Shown piece by piece: positions 1 through 9,871 of a stretch of DNA of 64,000 nucleotides; positions within the stretch are counted from its first letter, which is position 1; every line of letters starts with the position of its first letter. The stretch lies in assembly GCA_017555395.1 (NCBI GenBank), contig JAFZGL010000132.1, positions 7,406-71,405 on the forward strand, in the 5' to 3' direction. Made by a program: the position numbers and the translations under genes. The notes under the pieces are model-generated. The model was not told where the DNA came from, ran no database searches, and saw only the letters and a program-made list of their open reading frames with translations. The stretch comes from Oscillospiraceae bacterium (GTDB lineage Bacteria > Bacillota > Clostridia > Oscillospirales > Oscillospiraceae).

Positions 1-1117
1 ACTTGTGGCCCACATAGATACCTTCCTGGTATACCATGTAGGAAGATGCCTGGTCGGGAACCTGGCCGTCAAAGTTGGCATATTCCAGGGCGATGTAGTT
101 ATGCATGGCGGGAGAGGACAGATTGTCATAGCAGTAGGTATCCACCAGAGAACCGGAGGGGTTGACCTTGCCTGCCAGAATATCCGTGACGGCATTGGTG
201 CCGCTGATGCCCAGACCGCCGACCCACAGGCAGGCGTCCACATCGTAGTCCTTCAGGAAATCCACCTGCAGGGAATTGGAGGTGTTGATCAGAACGATGA
301 TGCTGGAGATCTTGCCTTCCTTCTTAAGTGCATCGGCATAGGCCATCAGGGCTCTTTCATTATCGTTCAGCGCCAGGTAATTGAACTGGGTGGTAACGCC
401 GTTGCCGTCCACGTAACCGGGGAAGGCGCAGTCATAACCCTCGCCGCCCACACGGGAGAAGGTGATGATGGCAGCATCGCCGTAGGCAGCGATGGAATTC
501 TTAACATCTTCGGGATACTTTGCGGGATCGATTTCGGAGATAGGTGCCTGGCCGCCCAGGGTGGCATTCTCACCGCCGGTACCGCCTTCAGCGGAGGCTT
601 CCTTCAGGGCAACACCCTCTTCGCTGTTGTACCAGTCCCACAGGGTGGCGTTGACCTCAAAACCGCTCTTTTCCAGAGCAGCCTTCAGGTTGTCTGCCTT
701 GGAGGCATCCACATTGCCGGAACCGGTGCCGCCGTAGGTCAGGTCTACGGAATTGACGGACAGGGTAGACACCTTTGCGCCCTGTGCCAGAGGCAGTGCG
801 CCGTTGTTGAGCAGCAGGGCAGCACCCTCTGCCTCAACCTCATAGCAAAGCGCCTGGCCGGCTTCAAGCCGTTCCTCCTGAGACACGCCCATGCCGGGAT
901 AATAGATGGCATTGCCGTCTCTGTTCTCCAGCTCCCAGAAGCTGTTGCCGGCCACCAGAAGGGAGATGGTATTGTCGAACATACCCAGAACAATGTTCAT
1001 GGGTGCCAAAATCGCAGTCAGAACAGCCAGGATAATGGCCAGGGTCTTCCAGGGCTGCAGCAGCTTGCGCTTGACTTTTTTGTAGGCTTTTTTCTCTTTC
1101 TTATAGGGCTTTGCCAT
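1..1117 (-). CDS. GH3 beta-glucosidase-like glycosidase, N-terminal membrane anchor, permuted domain order (3' part outside window)
   Basis: Not in ORF track because it has no stop in the window. Read by hand from ATG 1117 (RBS AGAGGAG): MAKPYKKEKK..., a hydrophobic segment, then EGAALLLNNGALPL, YGGTGSG, GKVNPSGSLVDT and YQEGIYVGHK, which are GH3 C-domain/Fn3-entry motifs. Confidence 0.88.
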   Translation of the reverse strand, partial: MAKPYKKEKKAYKKVKRKLLQPWKTLAIILAVLTAILAPMNIVLGMFDNTISLLVAGNSFWELENRDGNAIYYPGMGVSQEERLEAGQALCYEVEAEGAALLLNNGALPLAQGAKVSTLSVNSVDLTYGGTGSGNVDASKADNLKAALEKSGFEVNATLWDWYNSEEGVALKEASAEGGTGGENATLGGQAPISEIDPAKYPEDVKNSIAAYGDAAIITFSRVGGEGYDCAFPGYVDGNGVTTQFNYLALNDNERALMAYADALKKEGKISSIIVLINTSNSLQVDFLKDYDVDACLWVGGLGISGTNAVTDILAGKVNPSGSLVDTYCYDNLSSPAMHNYIALEYANFDGQVPDQASSYMVYQEGIYVGHK

Positions 1118-1266
1118 GATGCGATCTCCTCTTTCTTTTATGAAATCATGTTTATTATATCGTTTTTACATCGTTAAACGCAATTCGCACTATTGAACAA
1201 GTGTGCCACTTTCTTAAAAAAGAAACAGGACGAAATTGTCGAAAACAACAACATCGCCCTGTTTGT

Positions 1267-1833
1267 TTATAAATTATAAAAGGCCTGAGGCAGCACCCAG
1301 ATGGCATACTCCGCCATCTGTTCCGGCGTTTCCCGATAGCCATCCCGGCTCCAGTAATACAGCAGGGAGAAAAAGTCAGTAACACCCACCATCAGACCGA
1401 TCTCCACCAGCTTGGGATCCAGGCTGCTGTTGCTCAGAATGCCGATTTTTTCTGCCTGGATGAAGTTGAGGGACCAGGTCATCAGCCGGGATTCCAGTCC
1501 GTTCTGAATCAGGGCATCCAGCTTGACGCGGTTGTCCCCGTCCCAGAACCGGAAGATCCGGACAAAGCTCTCCTTCATATGTGCCGGGCTGACACGAAGC
1601 CCGTACACGGAATCCAGAAAACACTGCTGCATCAGATTTTCAATCATGGAATCCAGAACATCATCCTTGCTTTCAAAATAATGGTAGAAGGTACGTCTGG
1701 GGATGTCTGCTTCCCGGCAGATGTCTGTCACGGAGATCTCTTTATACGGCTGCCGCAGCATCAGATTCAGCAGACTGTTTTCCAACTGTGCTTTCTTTTG
1801 GACTGCGTATTCTGTATGACACTGGGTTGCCAT
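1267..1833 (-). CDS. TetR/AcrR family regulator
   Basis: N-terminal HTH ISVTDICREADIPRRTFYHYFESKDD. Confidence 0.9.
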   Translation of the reverse strand: MATQCHTEYAVQKKAQLENSLLNLMLRQPYKEISVTDICREADIPRRTFYHYFESKDDVLDSMIENLMQQCFLDSVYGLRVSPAHMKESFVRIFRFWDGDNRVKLDALIQNGLESRLMTWSLNFIQAEKIGILSNSSLDPKLVEIGLMVGVTDFFSLLYYWSRDGYRETPEQMAEYAIWVLPQAFYNL

Positions 1834-1935
1834 GAAAACACCTCATTTGCAGGAGTGTAATAATTATTTTTATCATATCATACCTGGCTGAATTTGTCAC
1901 GGCTCTTTTCGGCGCCCGGCTGCCCCTGCATTGCC

Positions 1936-1968
1936 AAAAAACTGCGCCGGAGATTTCTCTCCGGCGCA
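1936..1968 (-). terminator. Intrinsic terminator of tct operon
   Basis: TGCGCCGGAGA-GAAA-TCTCCGGCGCA followed by T-tract on the minus strand, just after the tctA stop. Confidence 0.75.
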
Positions 1969-1982
1969 GAACAGAAATGAAA

Positions 1983-3479
1983 TTACTTGGCAGCCTTCTT
2001 CTTGAAGATCTTTCCGGCAAATTCCTTCAGCTGGCCGCCGAACAGGGTGCCGACGATCAGGATGATGAAGAACCAGCAGATGACAGTGCTGAAGAAAACG
2101 GTGGGATCGCCGCCGGACTTCAGCAGAGCGGTACGGAAGTTCTTTTCTGCCATGGGTCCCAGGATCAGGCCCAGGATAGCGGGGCTGGTGGGAACCTTGG
2201 CCTTGCTCATGAAGTAGCCCACAACACCGGCAATCAGCATGACCCACACGTCAAACAGGCTGTTCTTCATGGCGAAGGAGCCGATGATGCACAGTGCGAA
2301 GATAATGGGGGTCAGGATGACCTTGGGAACGGACAGAACCTTGCTGAACACACGGATGCCGGCAAAGCCGCAGATGCACATCAGGGTGTTGGCAATGAAC
2401 ATACCGATGAAGATGGTGTAGACCAGGACCTTGTTGGTCTCGAACAGCATGGGACCGGGGGTCAGACCCTGAATGGTCAGAGCGCCGATCATGATGGCGG
2501 TAACAGCGTCGCCGGGAACACCCAGAGTCAGCATGGGGATCAGAGCGCCGCCGGTAACGCCGTTGTTGCCGCCCTCGGGGCCGCAGATGCCTTCGATGGA
2601 GCCTTCGCCGAACTTTTCGGGTTCCTTAGCCATGCCCTTGGCCACGTTGTAGCCAACGAATGCGCCGATGTCCGCACCGGCACCGGGGATGATGCCGATC
2701 ATGGTGCCGATCAGGCCGGTGATGGGGGAGATCCGCAGCAGAGCCTTCAGGTCTTCCTTCTTGGGGATGATGTTGGTGACCTTTATCTGCTCTTTTTCTT
2801 CAGCGAAGATGTCCTCAATGTTCTCGAATGCCTGGCTCATGGCGAACAGGCCGATCATGATGGGGATGTAGCTGATGCCGCCCATGAAGTTGTAGTTGCC
2901 TTCGGGGCAGAAACGGATATAGCTGGTGACGGAGTCGATACCGATGGTGGCAACCAGGATACCGGCGCAGCCGCACATCAGACCCTTTTCCACATTGTCG
3001 CCGGAAATGGAGCCAATGATGCACAGACCGAAGACTGCCAGCAGGAAGAACTCAGCGGAGGAGAACTTCAGAGCCAACTTGGCCAGCTGGGGAGAGATGG
3101 TGACCAGCAGCAGAACGGAAATAACGCCGCCGATGTAGGAGCCCAGGGTGGCAACACCCAGTGCACGGCCGGCTTCACCGCGCTGGGACAGCTTGTAGCC
3201 TTCGATGGCGGTGGCTGCGGAAGCAGGGGTGCCGGGGGTGTGCAGCAGAACAGCGGAGATGGAGCCGCCGTAGATAGCGCCGACATAGATGCCCAGCAGC
3301 ATCAGGATACCCTGAGCGGCATCCATACCGAAGGTCATGGGCAACAGCAGGGCAACACCCATGGTTGCGGTCAGGCCGGGCAGTGCGCCGATGCAAATAC
3401 CGGAGATAACACCGATCAGCATGTACAGGAAAACGACGGGAGTCAGAGAGGTGGTAAAGATTTCAACGAGCATATCCAT
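1983..3479 (-). CDS. tctA: Tripartite tricarboxylate transporter large permease
   Basis: GALPGLTATM, YGGSISAVLLHTPGTPASAAT and LIPMLTLGVPGD motifs; about 500 aa, hydrophobic. Confidence 0.93.
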   Translation of the reverse strand: MDMLVEIFTTSLTPVVFLYMLIGVISGICIGALPGLTATMGVALLLPMTFGMDAAQGILMLLGIYVGAIYGGSISAVLLHTPGTPASAATAIEGYKLSQRGEAGRALGVATLGSYIGGVISVLLLVTISPQLAKLALKFSSAEFFLLAVFGLCIIGSISGDNVEKGLMCGCAGILVATIGIDSVTSYIRFCPEGNYNFMGGISYIPIMIGLFAMSQAFENIEDIFAEEKEQIKVTNIIPKKEDLKALLRISPITGLIGTMIGIIPGAGADIGAFVGYNVAKGMAKEPEKFGEGSIEGICGPEGGNNGVTGGALIPMLTLGVPGDAVTAIMIGALTIQGLTPGPMLFETNKVLVYTIFIGMFIANTLMCICGFAGIRVFSKVLSVPKVILTPIIFALCIIGSFAMKNSLFDVWVMLIAGVVGYFMSKAKVPTSPAILGLILGPMAEKNFRTALLKSGGDPTVFFSTVICWFFIILIVGTLFGGQLKEFAGKIFKKKAAK

Positions 3480-3497
3480 AAATCTAAACCCTCCTTA

Positions 3498-3965
3498 TTA
3501 GAATGCCAGAATGCCGAAGGAGCCCACAGGCACATTCAGCACATACTGGAAGACGCAGTAGATCACCAGAGTGACTACAACGGAAATCAGCACAGTAATG
3601 ATGGGCTTCTTCTTGGCGAACCAGTGGATAAAGATCGCTTCCATAACGGTGGTGGCGATGATGAAGCCCAGGAACTCCAGGACAGCAACATAAGCAAACA
3701 GGATGCCCATGGTGATGTAAACACGCTTGGTGCCTTCGTTCCACATTGGAACATCGGTATTTTTCTCAGCGGGCATCTTGATGGACTTCATGGCCAGCAG
3801 GGCAGCCAGAGCCAGCATCATAGCAGAGATAACGATGGGCCACAGACCGGGGCCGGGAACACCGGTGCCGTAGTCGGCAGCGGTGGGATAGCCGGCAGCC
3901 AGGATGATCAGCAATGCACCGATGGCAGCGCAGACGCCGGCAAAAATCAGGTTCATTTTCTTCAT
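3498..3965 (-). CDS. tctB: Tripartite tricarboxylate transporter small permease
   Basis: 4 TM segments, PGPGLWP, LGFIIAT, C-terminal FQYVLNVP; lies between tctC and tctA. Confidence 0.9.
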   Translation of the reverse strand: MKKMNLIFAGVCAAIGALLIILAAGYPTAADYGTGVPGPGLWPIVISAMMLALAALLAMKSIKMPAEKNTDVPMWNEGTKRVYITMGILFAYVAVLEFLGFIIATTVMEAIFIHWFAKKKPIITVLISVVVTLVIYCVFQYVLNVPVGSFGILAF

Positions 3966-4066
3966 AGTTTGTATTTCTCCCTACGATAGAGTTACGATGA
4001 ATACAATGATGGGGGCGGCGCAAACCGCCCCCAGGGGACTTAAGTAACTAAGGACCGGTTAAGAAA

Positions 4067-5038
4067 TTAGCCGACCTTCAGACCCAGGTCAGCAACCAGG
4101 CCGGTGTACATCTCCAGCTGATCAGCGATCAGAGCATTGAAGGAAGCGCCGTCCATGATGTCGATGACGTTGTTGGTGTTGGTCATGAACTCCTTGAAAG
4201 CGTCGGAGTTAGCTGCGTTGGAGAAGATCTCGTACAGCTTGGCAACGGTCTCATCGGGAGTGGAAGCGGGAACAGCCAGGCCTCTCCAGGTACCCAGGAC
4301 TGCGTCGTAGCCGCATTCCTTAGCGGTGGGAACATCGGGGATAGCTTCCAGACGGTCGTTGGCCATAACTGCCAGAACCTTCAGGTCGCCGGACTGAACG
4401 AAGGAGTTGACTTCTGCGTAGGAAACTGCGACTGCGTCGATGTGGCCGCCCAGCAGGTCGGTGATAGCGCCGTTAGCGCCGTCGTAACCAACGTGCTTGA
4501 ACTCGGTACCGGCAACCTTTGCCAGACCAGCGGCTGCCAGGTGCCAGATAGCGCCGATGCCGGAGTTACCGACCTGGACTTCGTTGGACTTGGAGTACTC
4601 GATGAAGTCTTCCAGAGTGTTGAAACGGTCGTCGTCAGCCTTGACGGTGATGGCGGAAGCAGCGGAGTTGACCATCATGATGGGCTTGAACTGGGAGTAG
4701 GTCAGGCCTGCGTTGTTGCCCATGGCTTCCAGGGTGGTCAGCTCGACGGTGACCATGGTGATGATGGAGCCGTCGTTCTTGGCGTTTGCGCCGTACAGCA
4801 TGCCGGTAGCGCCGCCTGCGCCGGAGCGGTTCTCGACGGTGATAGCCTTAAAGCTGTCCTTTGCTGCGTCAGCCAGACCACGCATAACAGCGTCGGTGCC
4901 GCCGCCTGCATCATAGGGAACGACACAGGTAACGTTCATCTTGGAGAAGTCGGAGCCGGCAGATGCGCCGCCGCCGCTGCAGGCGGTCATGGACATGACC
5001 ATAACCAGAGCGAGAATCAGAGCGATGATTTTCTTCAT
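4067..5038 (-). CDS. tctC: TctC/Bug substrate-binding lipoprotein
   Basis: Lipobox MTAC; VVPYDAGGGTD, VENRSGAGGATG, LLGGHID and WRGLAVP. Confidence 0.93.
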   Translation of the reverse strand: MKKIIALILALVMVMSMTACSGGGASAGSDFSKMNVTCVVPYDAGGGTDAVMRGLADAAKDSFKAITVENRSGAGGATGMLYGANAKNDGSIITMVTVELTTLEAMGNNAGLTYSQFKPIMMVNSAASAITVKADDDRFNTLEDFIEYSKSNEVQVGNSGIGAIWHLAAAGLAKVAGTEFKHVGYDGANGAITDLLGGHIDAVAVSYAEVNSFVQSGDLKVLAVMANDRLEAIPDVPTAKECGYDAVLGTWRGLAVPASTPDETVAKLYEIFSNAANSDAFKEFMTNTNNVIDIMDGASFNALIADQLEMYTGLVADLGLKVG

Positions 5039-5112
5039 GTTTGTACCTCTTTCTTGATTGTGTTTGTTTTATTTGACACCTGACGGTGTTCAAACTGATG
5101 TAAGGAACACTT

Positions 5113-5757
5113 TTACAGCGCTGCCACCATGGCCCTGGCCACTTCGGTGATCTTGTGGTATTCACCGGCGTCGATCCAGGTCTTGTTGGCCAGATTGCCG
5201 CCGACGCCCACGCCGATGGCACCGGCTGCCAGGTATTCGCCGATGTTCTTCTCATTGATGCCGCCCACGGCCATCATGGGGATATGGCTCAGAGGGGCCT
5301 TGATGGCTTTTAAGTATCCGGGACCGAAGGTGGAGATGGGGAAGAGCTTCACGATATCGGCACCGGCCTCCCAGGCTGCCACCACATCGGTGGGAGTCAG
5401 GGCACCGGGCATGGACACCATTCCCAGCTCTCTGGTCCGGCGGATCACATCGGCATTGGTATTGGGGGAGATGATGAACAGGCCGCCGGCCTTATGGGTC
5501 AGCTCCACCAGATGGGGGGTGGTGACGGTGCCGGCGCCCACCAGCATCCGGCCCTCAAAGGCTTTGGCGATCTCACCGATGGATGCGGCTGTGGTCTCCC
5601 AGCTGTCGGGATTTCTCTGGTCGTAGGTGATCTCCATCATCCGGATGCCGCCGTCGTACAGCGCCTGCGCTACTTTCAGGCACTTTTCCGGCTCGATGCC
5701 CCGGACAATGGCGATGATCTTTTCCTTGTTTGCCCACTGGATCACGGTCTCACGCAT
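5113..5757 (-). CDS. KDPG/KHG-family aldolase, probably KDPGal-type (DgoA-like)
   Basis: IAIVRG, EIT, VGAGTV and VKLFP (Schiff-base Lys); AVGG at the specificity position rather than PTGG. Confidence 0.85.
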   Translation of the reverse strand: MRETVIQWANKEKIIAIVRGIEPEKCLKVAQALYDGGIRMMEITYDQRNPDSWETTAASIGEIAKAFEGRMLVGAGTVTTPHLVELTHKAGGLFIISPNTNADVIRRTRELGMVSMPGALTPTDVVAAWEAGADIVKLFPISTFGPGYLKAIKAPLSHIPMMAVGGINEKNIGEYLAAGAIGVGVGGNLANKTWIDAGEYHKITEVARAMVAAL

Positions 5758-5838
5758 GTTTGGTCACCTCATATTTTTTATATTTATTATGCGGCCTTGT
5801 ATAATTCTTTTGTAAGAAATAAGCCCATCTGCCGGGCC

Positions 5839-6441
5839 TTATTCTGTGCCGTAATGTTCCTGCACCAGCAGACACATGCTGTCGATGGCCTCTCCCACCT
5901 TTTCCGGAGAAGTCAGGATTCCGGATTTCAGCCGGGAATACCGCAGTCCGTCAAAGGCGATAAAAATCAGATTCGCAAGATGCTCCACATCCGTATCCGG
6001 TTTCAGTTCACCATTTTCAATGGCCTGCTGCAGGGCATCCTTCAGCATCCGGTAACCCCGGGCATAAATATCCCGGATCTTCTCGTTGATATCGTGCATC
6101 CGTGGATCGCTGCTGATTTCCACCGGAAACTCCGGCTTGTTTTCCCGGAGATTTCTGGTGGCATAGTACAGATACCGCCGAAGCTTTTCAGAAAAGCGAC
6201 AGCTCTGGCGGAGCAATTCCACATGAGCATCTATCTCCCGGCGGAAGTTTTCTTCCATAGCAGCCAGAAAGATATCCTTTTTGGTCTTATATCGGTAATA
6301 CAGGGGACCCCGGCTGATCTGAGCCGCATCTGCAACGTCCTGCATGGACGTTGCTTCAAATCCCTTTTCCGAAAAAACTTTGATAGCCGCTTCGACAATC
6401 CGGCGGTCATTCTGTTTTGTTTCTTCCGCTGTGGTTCGCAT
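5839..6441 (-). CDS. TetR/AcrR family regulator
   Basis: FSEKGFEATSMQDVADAAQISRGPLYYRYKTK HTH. Confidence 0.9.
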   Translation of the reverse strand: MRTTAEETKQNDRRIVEAAIKVFSEKGFEATSMQDVADAAQISRGPLYYRYKTKKDIFLAAMEENFRREIDAHVELLRQSCRFSEKLRRYLYYATRNLRENKPEFPVEISSDPRMHDINEKIRDIYARGYRMLKDALQQAIENGELKPDTDVEHLANLIFIAFDGLRYSRLKSGILTSPEKVGEAIDSMCLLVQEHYGTE

Positions 6442-6655
6442 CGCAGTTTTTTGCTCCTGTCATTTCCACTTTACGACGATTATTTAATATTTAACCATAT
6501 CTTAACTTCAAAGTCAAGATTCGGCTAAGATATATTTTAACGTTTGGTAAAGATAGACAGTTTTTTTATCATTTTCTTTACATTGCCAAATTGAGGTTTC
6601 CTGTGCTATTATAAAGAATATAACGTATTAAAGCAGAGAATCGCAGGAGGTCTCT

Positions 6656-7807
6656 ATGAAAGAATACATGTTCTACAATCCGGTCAGATATTTATTCGGC
6701 AGCGGTGTCATCGGCAAACTGGGCGACCATGCCGCCGCTCTGGGCAAAAAGGCCCTTCTGGTCACCACCCCCGGCACCATGGCACGTTTCGGCAGCAGAA
6801 TCGGCGATATCCTTACCGCTGCAGATGTGGAGTATCAGGTGTTTACCGATGTTCAGCCCAATCCCCTGGCCTCCGGTGTCCGCGCTGGTGCCAATCTGGC
6901 AGAGCAGACCGGCTGCGACCTGATCGTAGGTCTCGGCGGCGGCAGCGCCATGGATACCGCCAAGGGTATTGCGTTCCTCACCGGAAAAGAGGGCGGCGTC
7001 TTTGATTACATCACCGGAAAGCGCACCGGCACCACAGCTCTCCCCATCATCTGCATCACCACCACCGCAGGCACCGGCAGTGAAGGAAACGCCACCGCTG
7101 TCTTCACCAATGATGAGACCCTGGACAAAAAGGGTCTGGTGAACCCCCTGATCTATCCCAAGGTATCCTTCATCGATTCCGACTTCATGGCCACCCTTCC
7201 GAAGGATCTGATCGCCGGTCCCGGCTGCGATGCCCTGTTCCACGCTTTCGAGTCCTACCTGTCCAAGGACCGCCATCCCATCAGCGAGATGTACTCCCTG
7301 GAGGCCATGCGGCTGTCCATTGAGAATCTTCCCAAGGTTTATCACAATCCGGCGGATACCGAAGCCTGGGATAAGGTGATCCTGGCCAATACCCTGGCCG
7401 GCATCGCCATCGGCTGCGCCGGCACCACCGTGCCCCATGCCCTGGGTCAGCCTGTCAGCGGTCTGCTGAATGTGGCGCACTCCGACTCCCTGGTGTGTCT
7501 GTATCCCGCCTTCATGAAGTTTACCGCCCAGGCGGCACCGGAGCGGTTCGCCGTCCTCGCCCGTCTGCTGGGCTGCGACACTGCCGGAAAGACCGCCGGA
7601 GAAGCCGCTGAAATGAGCATCGGTGCCATGACGGAGTTCCTGAAGGGCATTGATGCCTACAAGAAGCTCTCCCAGTTCGGCGTCACGGAAGCCCACATCG
7701 ACCGGCTGGCAGAAGGCGCCACCACCATGATGAAGGTTGTTCTGAACAAAAACCCCATCGTTCCCACCCTGGAACAGGTGAAGGAACTGTACCGGGAAAG
7801 TCTGTAA
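6656..7807 (+). CDS. Iron-containing (group III) alcohol dehydrogenase
   Basis: GLGGGSAMDTAK, TTAGTGSE, DALFHAFE and HALG..H metal ligands; RBS AGGAGG. Confidence 0.93.
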   Translation: MKEYMFYNPVRYLFGSGVIGKLGDHAAALGKKALLVTTPGTMARFGSRIGDILTAADVEYQVFTDVQPNPLASGVRAGANLAEQTGCDLIVGLGGGSAMDTAKGIAFLTGKEGGVFDYITGKRTGTTALPIICITTTAGTGSEGNATAVFTNDETLDKKGLVNPLIYPKVSFIDSDFMATLPKDLIAGPGCDALFHAFESYLSKDRHPISEMYSLEAMRLSIENLPKVYHNPADTEAWDKVILANTLAGIAIGCAGTTVPHALGQPVSGLLNVAHSDSLVCLYPAFMKFTAQAAPERFAVLARLLGCDTAGKTAGEAAEMSIGAMTEFLKGIDAYKKLSQFGVTEAHIDRLAEGATTMMKVVLNKNPIVPTLEQVKELYRESL

Positions 7808-7829
7808 CCAAACACAGCAAGGAGGCAAT

Positions 7830-8831
7830 ATGAAAAAGTACATCATCGCCATTGACGGCGGCACCACCAACACCCGTGCCAGCCTGTGGGACGCCCCCGG
7901 CATCTGCCTGGATATTGTCAAGTCCGAGGTCGGTGTCCGCATCACCAGCATCGAAGGCAGCAATTCTTCCCTGAAGGCTGCTGTGAAGGGTCTGCTGGAG
8001 CAGCTGCTTCAGCGCAATCAGATCACCTACGAGCAGGTGGAGGGTATCTACGCCTGCGGCATGATCACCTCCAAGGAAGGTCTGGCAGAACTGCCCCACC
8101 TGATCGCCCCCGCCGGTATGCAGGACTTTGTGGCCGGTCTGGCTAAGGTGGAGCTGCCGGATGTGGCTCCTCTGCCCATCCATTTTGTCCGGGGCCTGAA
8201 AAACCGGGACGGCAACGGCCTGACCCTGTGCGACCTGGAAAAGATGGACGTCATGCGCGGCGAGGAGACCGAGACCCTGGCGCTGCTGGATCTCTTCGGC
8301 AATGAAAACGGCACTCTGTTCGCCCTGCCCGGTTCCCACACCAAGTTCGTCTCTGTGGATGCCGAAGGCAAGATGATCGGCTGCCTGTCCTCCCTGGCCG
8401 GCGAGCTGCTGTCCGCCGTGACCCTGAACACCATTCTGGCCGGTGCCGTGGGCAAGCAGTTCGCAGGCGCCGACTACAACAAGGAAATGCTGCTGGCAGG
8501 CTACCGCACCGCCCGGGATACCAGCCTGGCCCGCGCCGCCTTCTCCACCCGGATGCTGCAGATGTTCATTCCCAGCAACGAGCAGGACCGCGCCAGCTTC
8601 CTGCTGGGCGCCGTTCTGGAAAATGACGTGGCCGCCGTCAAGAACAGCAAGGCCCTGTCCGTCACCCGGGATATGAAGATGGTCATCGCCGGCAAGGAAC
8701 CCCTGGCCAGCGCCCTGAAGCTGCTGTTCGAAGAAGACGGCTTCTTCGAGAAGGTGGAGATCTACTATCCCACCGCGGAAAAGCCCATGTCCGGCTACGG
8801 CCTGTATCAAGTCGCCATGGCAAACAAGTAA
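7830..8831 (+). CDS. dgoK: 2-dehydro-3-deoxygalactonokinase
   Basis: IDGGTTNTR, GMITS, DVMRGEETE and LPGSHTKFV DGOK motifs. Confidence 0.9.
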   Translation: MKKYIIAIDGGTTNTRASLWDAPGICLDIVKSEVGVRITSIEGSNSSLKAAVKGLLEQLLQRNQITYEQVEGIYACGMITSKEGLAELPHLIAPAGMQDFVAGLAKVELPDVAPLPIHFVRGLKNRDGNGLTLCDLEKMDVMRGEETETLALLDLFGNENGTLFALPGSHTKFVSVDAEGKMIGCLSSLAGELLSAVTLNTILAGAVGKQFAGADYNKEMLLAGYRTARDTSLARAAFSTRMLQMFIPSNEQDRASFLLGAVLENDVAAVKNSKALSVTRDMKMVIAGKEPLASALKLLFEEDGFFEKVEIYYPTAEKPMSGYGLYQVAMANK

Positions 8832-8879
8832 TCTGTCTTCCCCCGTTCTGAGGAACGTAATTTATAGGAGGTTTTAACA

Positions 8880-9836
8880 ATGGACATTTTAAAGAGACTG
8901 GCTGACTCCATCGTGGTTCCCGTTGTGGTCCTGGAGAAGGTCGAAGACGCCATCCCCACCGCAAAGGCCATGGCTGCCGGCGGCATCGACACCATGGAGA
9001 TCACCTTCCGCACCGCCTGCGCCCCCGAGTGCATCAAGGCAGTTGCCGAGAACGTCCCCGAGGTTCTGGTAGGTGCCGGTACCATCGTCAACGTGGAGCA
9101 GGCCAAGCTGGCCGTTGAGATGGGCGCCAAGTTCATCGTCTCTCCCGGCTTCATCGACGAAGTCGTGGCATGGTGCGTAGAGAACGGCATTGCCGTGGCT
9201 CCCGGCTGCGTCACCCCCAGTGAGATCATGGCCGCCAAGAAGTTCGGCCTGAAGATGGTCAAGTTCTTCCCCGCCAACATCTACGGCGGTCTGAATGCCC
9301 TGAAGAATCTGGCTGCTCCTTTCGGCGATATGAAGTTCCTGCCCACCGGCGGCGTCAACGCCGACAACGTTGGTGAGTTCATCGCCACCCCCTTCATCCA
9401 CGCCGTTGGCGGTTCCTGGGTCTGCCCCAAGGCTGACATCGCCGCAGGCAACTGGGACAAGATCACCCAGCTGTGCGCCGCTGCCCGTCAGGCCGCTCTG
9501 GGCTTCGAGATCGCCCATGTGGGCATCAACATGCCCGATGCCGAGGCCGCTCTGGGGCTGGGCAAGGAACTGGGCAACGCCTTCGGTTTCGGCGTGAAGG
9601 ACGGCAACAGCTCCGTCTTCGCCTCCACCGGCATCGAGATCATGAAGACCATGTACCTGGGCACCAACGGCCACATCGCCGTTCGCACCAACAGCATTCC
9701 TCTGGCCATCGCAGCGCTGGAAAAGAAGGGCTACAGCATCCTGCCTGAGACTGCCAAGTCCAAGAACGGCAGAATGATCGCTGTTTATCTGGCCGGCGAA
9801 TTCGGCGGCTTCGCCATCCACCTGCTGCAGAAGTAA
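8880..9836 (+). CDS. eda: KDPG aldolase with C-terminal VOC/glyoxalase-like domain
   Basis: EITFRT, VGAGT, VKFFPA and FLPTGGV; extra ~110 aa (AHVGIN...GHIAVRTN...AIHLLQK). Confidence 0.9.
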   Translation: MDILKRLADSIVVPVVVLEKVEDAIPTAKAMAAGGIDTMEITFRTACAPECIKAVAENVPEVLVGAGTIVNVEQAKLAVEMGAKFIVSPGFIDEVVAWCVENGIAVAPGCVTPSEIMAAKKFGLKMVKFFPANIYGGLNALKNLAAPFGDMKFLPTGGVNADNVGEFIATPFIHAVGGSWVCPKADIAAGNWDKITQLCAAARQAALGFEIAHVGINMPDAEAALGLGKELGNAFGFGVKDGNSSVFASTGIEIMKTMYLGTNGHIAVRTNSIPLAIAALEKKGYSILPETAKSKNGRMIAVYLAGEFGGFAIHLLQK

Positions 9837-9871
9837 TCCAACTACATTAAAATAAAAGGAGTTATTCAATC

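Noticed and set aside
1977-3989. Long antisense ORFs (also 5..1177, 10994..12517, 35415..37847, 44354..46045, 49289..51628, 56000..57577)
   Set aside because: They mirror well-supported genes on the other strand; codon bias removes antisense stops, and they have no recognisable motifs.
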